NCBI GenBank assembly: GCA_004431415.1
Contig: QPMI01000517.1
Coordinates: forward strand, 124,001 to 188,000
DNA from: Cyanophora paradoxa CCMP329
Lineage: Eukaryota; Plantae; Glaucophyta
Length of the DNA: 64,000 bases
Reading direction: 5' to 3'
Within the stretch, counting starts at the first letter, position 1. Each line of letters begins with the position of its first letter. A program made the position numbers and the translations under genes. The notes below the pieces were generated by a model. That model was not told the origin of the DNA, did no database searches, and was given only the letters and a program-made list of their open reading frames with translations. Shown piece by piece: positions 13,601 through 22,600 of the stretch.

Positions 13601-16600
13601 CCCCCAGACCCCTCCCCCTCCTCCCGTGCTTACCCCGCCCCCAGCTACACCCCTGAAGACCCCCCTCCCCCCCCTTCCTCCCCTCCCCCGCCCCGGAGTT
13701 ACCCCCCCGAGCGTGTCCCCCCCTCACGCTCCTCCCTACCCGCTATACGCTGGGAACTGTACATAATGTTTCATACCCTTTTCGTCTCTTCCGTGACCAA
13801 TCGCACCCGCACCACCACCTCCCGGCCGTCGTTGCATCCTCCTCGCCCCCCTGCCCCCCCAGCGCCCCCTAGCGCCCAAACTCCCACGCACATCGAGCCC
13901 CACCAGACCAGCAGCATCGTAATGCAAAATTCCAAATTGCGTGGATACAGCCGGCCGTGCCCCATCTCCTCCTGGCACAACGGGGACCGGACCCCTCCTT
14001 TAGTGAGAGTCCAGCAGCTCCACCAATACTCGAGCCGCGGCCCGCAGAGCCGCCCCTCGGGTGGGAAAGACCATCTGAGCAACGGAAGCGCTAGCGTTGA
14101 GGCGGCCCACGGCACACAGCCGCCAAGGACACCGCTCAGATCCACCCCCGCGCAGAACGGGCACTATCCCCTCGAAGCCTGCCACCTCCACAGCCTCCAC
14201 GGTCACCTCGGTCGCCACCCGCAACAACGCCTGCACATCGCCCAGATCCAACAACAACCTGCCGCGCGTAGCCGCGAAGCAGCGCAGCTCCACCTCCACG
14301 AAATCACTGCTCAATTGCACGATGTAGTCGCTCTGCAGATACTCCTTAGCCCGATGCGCCACGTCGCCCACAACGGACATGTACTCGAGGCGACGCAGCA
14401 CTTCAGCGTCCGGCTGCAGCCCGCCCTGCGCACGCGAACTCAGCCACGAACGCCGCTCTCACAGATTACTGGCACGCACATGCCGGCACCTCCCAGGAAA
14501 CGCTCTCCAGAGAACTGCCCCGATGTCCCGCCTCACGATCACAGGCCCAACAAAGCGCACTTCCTCGTCCGACCCGCTCCCACTACCACGCTCCTCTACA
14601 ACCCCGGCAGCCGGGACGGCTCTCACACCGGGGACTGCCATTCCTGGGGGAACCGGTACCCCTGCTCCCCTTACCCCCCCTGCTCCCTCCGTAGACTCAG
14701 CGAATCCGCATCCACACACCCAGCCCCGTGCAACCAGATGGGGGACTTTATCGATATCTATTACGAGCTCCAGCTCATTCTCCCGTCGGAGCATGCCGCC
14801 ATGACCCGCCTACAGAAGCACGCGACAGACCTGGCGAAGGACCCGGAGGCTGCTAGACATCTCACCAGCCTTTCCGTACAGCAGCCACGCCACCGCTCGT
14901 CCGCCACCACTACTCGCTTTCTTGGCCCGGTCGACAGCGCCCCCCGTCACGCGTGGCACGCTGGGCTCCGCCACTTCGGCCTCCAGGAATTTGCACCGGC
15001 TCACGCCCAATACATAGCCGCAGCCATGGCAGCCGTGATAGAAACAGCGGAACGCCCGCTCACTACACTAGCCCCGTCTCCCGAGCCAGGACTACAGCTA
15101 AACAGCCTGATCCTGTCGGCCCTCAGCGATCTCTTGGATCTCGCAGCGCTCACAGGCGACGTCTTCGCCTACGATGTCCCCTGGAAGCACCTCACAGCCC
15201 GTCCTTTCGCCTCACAGGACGCGATCCAAACCTTCAAGAACGCGGCGTTCCGCCAAGGCTACATCAAGGTCGCAATCACCAAAGCCTTCATCGACCATGA
15301 GACCACTCTCCACGCGCTTCACCCGACCGGCACGATCACGTCCAGCACGTACATCCATGCGGATCACCCGGGCACCACCCGCACCGGCCGGTCGGAACGC
15401 GCCTCAATCACATTGGCCCTCGCCTTCCTCGATGCGGCACTATCCCGTGCCCACCATCTTGAGAAATTCCTCCGCCGCGCCTTTTCCCTCCTTAACTGCC
15501 GTCAATTTCCCTACGCGGTCAGCTGCACCCCCTCCCCCGGCCCCTCACACCCGGTACTAATCCCCGCCTCAGACCGCTACCCTGGCTCCCTGGCTCTTTG
15601 GTCCGACCCAATCGACACCCCTCACCCCCACTCCCAGCACGAGCTGACCCCGGCCCGCACAGGCTTCCCGCGCACCATCAACACCTTTTCCGGAGCACTG
15701 CGAGACCTCCGCCGCCACTTCGTCCCGGGCCAGGGCACCACTGCAGAATACCGCCAGGCTATCTTTGCCTCGGATCTCGCCCCTGCGACCCACACTCTCA
15801 TTTTGGAAACGTGGCTGACTCTAGTCCTCCGCTATGGTATTAGCGCTGCAATCCAGAGCCGACCCCTCCCCGCCATCTTCCTCGCATCCATCCCTACCCA
15901 ACTTGGGGACCTCCACCGCGGGTTTGCCCCACCCGATTTCCCCAACACCACGTACTCCCTCTCACCCTCACCCACAGATGGACCCGTGTGTCCCCCCGCA
16001 CGAAGGAATGGATCCGTCTTCTCTCAGGCGAAAGTCCCGGGGGCCCGTCCCGTTCCCCTCGCATCTCCCTCTAACCGACCCAGACCCCTTCACCCTCCCC
16101 TCCCCCCCCTCGACTGTCCCACACTCTGCTCTTCCAATCCCCTGTCATGTTCGGAAACAATATGGCAATCCCGAGCAGACACTGCCCTTTCGCTACTCCT
16201 CCGCGCCGTACCCGCCGGAATGAGCCCTGCACCCTACCCGCCCCCGACACCCCGCACGATAGAGCCCCCACACGCCGGAAAGCCGCCGTCGCGCCTCCGC
16301 AAGCCGCCCGCCCCGCTTCCGATCGTGTCAGCCCCAGACGCCCTGCGGACGGCGGCCGGTCTCCCCGCCGCCCGCCACCGCACTAGGGCCGAAGCACCAG
16401 GGCCCCAATGGACGTCGGCGTCGGACCCCCGAACACCACTCGCCCCGCCCCCGCCCGCGCCAGCCCCGCGCGACCTGCAGGACACCCTCAACCTCCCCGA
16501 CGTGCAAAGCCGAGCGCGGGCCGACGGACCTTTGCCTGAAGCGAAACCGCCGTCGGGCCCCCGACCGCCAACCGCCCCACCCCCGCCCACGCCAGCCCTG

Positions 16601-19600
16601 CGCGACCCGCAGGACGCCCTCAGCCTCCCTGACGCCCAAAGCCGCGCGAGGGCCGCTGGACCGGCGCCTGAGGCGAGACCGTCGTCGGGCGCTCGTGCGC
16701 CGCCCGCCCCGTCCCCGCCCGCACCAGCCCCGCGTGACGTGCGGGACGTCCCCAACCTCCCCGACGCCCAGAGCCGCGCGAGGGCCGCTGGACCGGCGCC
16801 TGCGGCGAGACCATCGTCAGGCCCTCGCGCTTCGCCCACCTCGCCCCCGCCCGAGCCAGCCCCGCGCGACCTGCAAGACACCCTCAGCCTCCCCGACGCC
16901 CAAAGCCGCGCGAGGGCCGACGGACCGGCACCCGAGGCGAGACCGCCGTCGGGCCCCCGAATGCTGCCCGCCCTGCCCCCGCCCGCGCCAGCCCCGCGCG
17001 ACCTGCAAGCCACCCCCAGCCTCCCCGACGCCCAAAGTCGCGAGAGGACCGACGGACCCGCGTCTGCGGCGCGACCGCCGCTGGGCCCTCGAGCGCCGCC
17101 CGCCCCACCCCCGCCCGCGCCAGCCCTGCGCGACCCACAGGACGCCCTCAGCCTCCCCGACGCGCAAAGCCGAGCGCGGGCCGACGGACCGGCACCTGAA
17201 GCGAGACCGCCGTCGGGCCCTCGAGTTCTGCCCGCCCCGCCCCCGCCCGCGCCAGTCCTGCGCGACCCGCAGGACGCCCCCAGCCTCCCTGACGCCCAAA
17301 GCCGCGCGAGGGCCGATGGCCCTGCGCCTGAGGCGAGACTGTCGTCGGGCGCCCGTGCTGACGGACCTGGACCTGAAGTGAAGCCGCCGCCGGGCCCCCG
17401 CGCGCCGCCCGTCTCGCCCCCGCTCGCGCCGGCGCCGCGCGACCTACAGACCGCTGTCGGCCTCCCCGCGGCCCGGCGCCACACTCGTGCCGACGGACCA
17501 GGACCTGCGGTGAAGCCGCAGCCGAGCCCCAGCGCGTCGCCCGTCTCGCCTTCGCCCGCGCCGGCGCAGCGCGACCTGCAGGACGCGGTCGGCTCCCCCG
17601 CTGCCCCGCCCCGCGCCCGTGCTGACGGACCTGGACCTGCAGTGAAACCACCGCCGGGCCCCCGCGCGCCGCCCGCCTCGCCCCCGCTCGCGCCGGCGCC
17701 GCGCGACCTGCAGACCGCTGTCGGCCTCCCCGCTGCCCGGCGTTGCGCTCGTGCCAACGGACCTGGACCTGAGGTGACGCCGCCGCCGAGCCCCAGCGCG
17801 TCACCCATCTCGCCTCCGCCCACGCCGGCGCCGCGCGACCTGCAGGACGCTGTCGGCTTTCCTGCTGCCCGGCGCCGCGCCCGCGCTGACGGACCTGGAC
17901 CTAAAGTGAAGCCGCCGCCGGGCCCCAGCGCGCCGCCCGTCTCGCCTCCGCCCGCGCCGGCGCCGCGCGACCTGCAGGACGCGGTCGGCCTCCCCGCCGC
18001 CCGGCGCCGCGCCCGCGCTGACGGACCTGGACCTGAAGAGAAGCCGCCACCGGGACTCAGAGCGCCGCCCGCCTCGCCTCCGCCCACGCCGCGCGACCTG
18101 CAGGACGCTGTTGGCCCGGCGGCTCGGTGCCGCGCCCGAGACGACTGTCCGATCCCTAGAGCAAACCTAGGGTTGCAGAAGTGTCCCGGAGGCCCGTCTG
18201 CAACGCCTCGCCCGTCGAACGCGTCGCCAGGCACGCCGCAAGAAGTCACTCCCCGTCGTGCTACTGTTGTCGCTGCCGCGCCACGCCGCGCTGCCCGCCT
18301 CGGCATTCAGCAGGCCGCGCAAGTACTTTCGCAGCTCAGTCGCCGTGTCTGCATCTGGAGCACCTTATGGACCACTGTCGCTAGACCGCGCTACGGCATG
18401 CTCCAGAACTTGATCGCTGGACCGGAGCACGGAAGCCCCATCAGAGCCGTCGCATACCGCAGTGGCCGGTGGAGCATCCCTCCCCAGTCGGAACGTCCCA
18501 GGGCCCCGGACGAAACTGCGCCTACCGGTACCCCCACCGCGTGCCGTCAAAAAACTCCAACGCGAACAGGCTTTTTTATTCATTCGATTTGTGAGTCGGA
18601 CAATGATTCGAAGCGGCCCAGTGCCTCCGCACTCCGCGATTGGGGCTGGAATAACTGCACTATAGCTAGTACCACTAACCCCGCGTACGGCCACGTGCCA
18701 GGGCCTAGCTGTAACACCGATACTACCATTGCAGGTTACGCAGCTAGCACTGGCGCCCACGCTAGTGCTGGCCCCACCAACGCCGGCGCCTCAAGCTCAG
18801 ACGCTGCGCTGCATGACGCCGAGAGCTGTCGTACGAACCACGCGTACGGATCAGGACGTGTACTAGCTATGTGTACGGCTGCGTACCTCGCAGTCAGCCC
18901 CCGCGCTAGTGCCCACGTGCACGCTAGCGCTGGCCCCGCCGGCGCAGGCGACACGGACTCTGCGCCGCTTGACGTCGACGCCGGTCTCGAACCCCTGGGC
19001 CGGCGCCGGACCGCGCGCCGCGCCCCACAAGCCCAACGGTCCTTCAGCCGCCCGGCCCCTCTCCCCACACGCCTCCTCCTCTGTGTTCTCCTCGCCGCCC
19101 TTGTCCCCGTCGCCCTTGCGGACATCGAGCCCAGCACAGCAACGGCCGCCGCAGTCGCTACCGCCGCCGCCGCCCTCTCCTCTCCGACACTAGTCACGGC
19201 GGCCTCGTCCCTTCTAACATTATACCCTCCCTCTCTGTACACCGCTGACCGAATTGACGCCCGCCACCACCGAGATGCGCTCCAGATCCCTGTCCTAGCA
19301 CACCCCCCGGACGCGGCAAATGCGAAGCTGAACCTCCGCGCCCTCACGTGGAATATTCGCCGCTTGGAGGGGAAGGCGAGCGGCAACAATATTGCAACTA
19401 AATTTATCAGCGCAATTGACTATGGCCGCCGTGACTGGGACTGCCACTTCGTTGCTCTTCAAGAGGTCGACATGGTCCCTACCGACCGCCCCCCCTCGAA
19501 GCCCTTTCCGCCCAATATCCGCGATCACCTGATTCAGACAGCAGTCCGCCGCCATAAATCTAGCTACCTTGTCTACTCTCCTCCATCCGCGGCCCGTCCT

Positions 19601-22600
19601 GGCACCGCCGGCTCCGCGCTGTGGATCTCAGCAAGCTATGCAGCGCACCGCCAGGCGGATTACGCGTTTGACGGCCGAGTAGCCGGCGCTCGCTTTGACT
19701 TCCCGCGCACGCGCGAGCGCCTCATTGTCCTCTCACTCTACGTGCCGGACTGCGGGCACGACAATTTGCAAAAAGAGCTCCACGACCTCACCGAATACCT
19801 GACCGCGAAGGTCGCACCCGACATCCACGAACCTGACTGGCAGACGCATCTCCTGGTACTCGGCGATATGAATAGCACATACTCTCCGTGCAACGACCGG
19901 ATCACTGGGGGCAACCGGCGCACTGAAACTACCCCCCCGAACTCCTACGCAGAAATATGGACCCTTTTCCGCGAGACCTGGGGTCTTTGTGATACCGGAA
20001 CCCCGGGCGATTTCACACACGTTTCCCGCCACGCCGACTTTCTTGACGACCAGGGCCACCGCCCCCTCCTGGACGCCGCCCGCATCGACTACGCCCTTGC
20101 CTCCCCCACTCTCGCGGCCCGATCACTAGGGACTCGCACACTCTATGTCCCTGGCCGACCGTCCCCTTTACTCACAGCCGACCATCTCCCCGTACTTGCG
20201 ACCTTCAAAACCGAAGGCGTGCTCTCTGCCCCCCCTACGGAGCCCCGCCAGCCCCGACCCCAACCTCTCCCTCCTCTCTTCAACTATGCCGCCCAACCTG
20301 CACCCATCCGGCTTGCTTTCAAGCTCGCTGTCGAAACTTTTCTCAATAAACACGGCCAGCGGTATATCCAGCTCCTTCTCACTCCCGAGAACAGCCCCGA
20401 CTACGCCCAACGCGCCACGAAATCCCACCGCTCCCTCCTCTGTGCTATCGCCCAAAGTATCAAGTCCGTCGCCCACTCTCAAGAATTCTCTACTGCTAAA
20501 GTCCTCCAACACCGCGTCGCTGCTCAGGGAGATATGGCTAAGTTCAACCATCTATCTGCACTGGACGCTGACGACGAACAACTCGTTGGCCGCGTTGGAC
20601 AGGCCTTACACGACTGGGCGCACCAAGGCTCCACAGACCACCCGCCTGACGAAACTATCCGGGCTGTCCTCCGGGACCTTCCCAAAGACGTGACGGACAT
20701 CCGAAAAGCTGCGGGCTCGGACACCACACTGGCTTTCTGCCCCTCCCTCCTCGCTTTCCCCGACCCTCCTAATTACCCTGAATTCGAGAATGGTACCATT
20801 ACAGGCTCTGAAATCGCCGAGTACCATACTCAACTAAGTACATGGCACTTACAGGCGCGGGCCGCCCTGGACAATCATCGCCGTGCATATACCGAAGCCG
20901 ACATTGCTCGCAATATTGACACCCGCCGCCACCTCCTGTCCCACTGTCGAAGTATGGGTCGGGCTATTCAACTCCTCCTCTCCCGTTTCCGATCCGCCCC
21001 CCGCCTATACCTTACCCGCACGGCAGCGGGACTACCCGAAGTGCTCACCGATCCCAATGAAATTAAACGCGCACATCTGGATCACTTCAAAAATTTCTGG
21101 CGACTCCGCAAGGCTGCCCCAAACCTGGATGCCATAGCTACGAAATTCGCGGACATTGAAAACGGCGCCTGGTTGGGCAGATTTTGGAAACGCCAGTACC
21201 GACCCCTTTCCCACTTCACCCCCGCCGTCTGGGACGGACTAATGGCCATGCCAGAAGACCCCGAACTCGATCGCCTCATCTCGTCCCTGTCCAATGGCGC
21301 AGGCGGTCCCTCCGGCCTCACGAACGGAATGATTAAAATGCTCTGGTCCCCCCTCCGCCTCTCCAAGACGGAACGCCAGGCCTTAGCCGCCTCACACTCT
21401 ACAGACGAGATCACCAGCTTCGAGTCCGCGGCTCACTGGACCACCTCGCGCGACGCCATCCGAGCTCTAGTTCAATCCACTCTTCTCGGCCACGTGCCCG
21501 ACCACGCACTTCGCGGTCAAGTCTACGCTATCCCGAAACGTGATAATTCAGCAGATCTTGCCGATCTCCGCCCCATCACCCTTCAAGAAGTCACCTGGAA
21601 GCTGGTCACGGGCCTCCTGACCCACCGCATGGAAGACCGTATTGATACACATAACATTCTACGCGGCCGCAACTATGGCTTTTGTCGCCGCGAATCTACC
21701 GACCCTGTTCTCTACGCCCTCCGATCCTCCCTCGAGGACGCGCACCAGTTCAAAAAGCCAATCTTCGGCGGCCTGGGGGATATTGCCAGCGCCTACGACA
21801 GTGTCTCCTGGCATAGCCAAGAGCTCAGCCTTAATCGTATCCAACTCCACCTCCATCCTGAAGGGAAACGATACATAGCCCTCCACAAAAAAGCAGCTCA
21901 GCACCGCACGGCGTGCATCCTTACCCCCCACGGCCGCACGGAATATTTTCAAGTCCCCTGTGGCCTCCCCCAAGGAGGCATCGAAGCCCCTCTCCACTGG
22001 CGCATTTTCTTCGACGCCGCTCTCACCGCCATCGAAGATCGAGCGACTCAGTCCAATTTCGGATACCAACTCGGGCCGCACCGATCTGACCCTACCCGCC
22101 CCCGTTCCCCCCGCCCACCATGCCCTGGCGAACCCCTCTACTTCCCCTCCGGTCCCTGCCCCACAGTCTCTGTGCTCGCATACGCCGATGACACCACCAT
22201 GCTTGCCAGCTCGGCTCAGGGTCTCCAACATATGCTTGACTGGCTGTCCGAATTTCTCCATATCCATGGCATGAACTTGAACGCCAAAAAGACGGAAATT
22301 TTCCACTGGAAACCCCCCCGATCCGAAGCGCCAGTCAAGAGCAAATACTATGTCGGCGTCGGCGATTCCAGAGCTGAGGTTGGCCACATCCTCTCCCCCA
22401 CAACACCATTCCGCGTCCTCGGCGTCCAGTTTACTGCGAACCTGTCTTGGACCCACCAAGTCCGTCTACTCAAGTCCCAGCTCCAGTCCGCAATCTCCGT
22501 TCTAGCCACAAAGAAGATTACCGTTCACGAATTCCAAGTGATACTACACCGGGTTCTCTTCCCTAAACTGGCATACCCTCTCCGCATCATGACCTTAACG

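Noticed and set aside
9244-18306. Long minus-strand ORFs over the repeat arrays (for example 750 aa and 690 aa)
   Set aside because: Shadows of GC-rich tandem repeats; low complexity and no domain signal.
19100-19145. 2A-like ribosome-skipping peptide before APE (LADIEPST)
   Set aside because: Lacks the essential NPGP of the DxExNPGP consensus.
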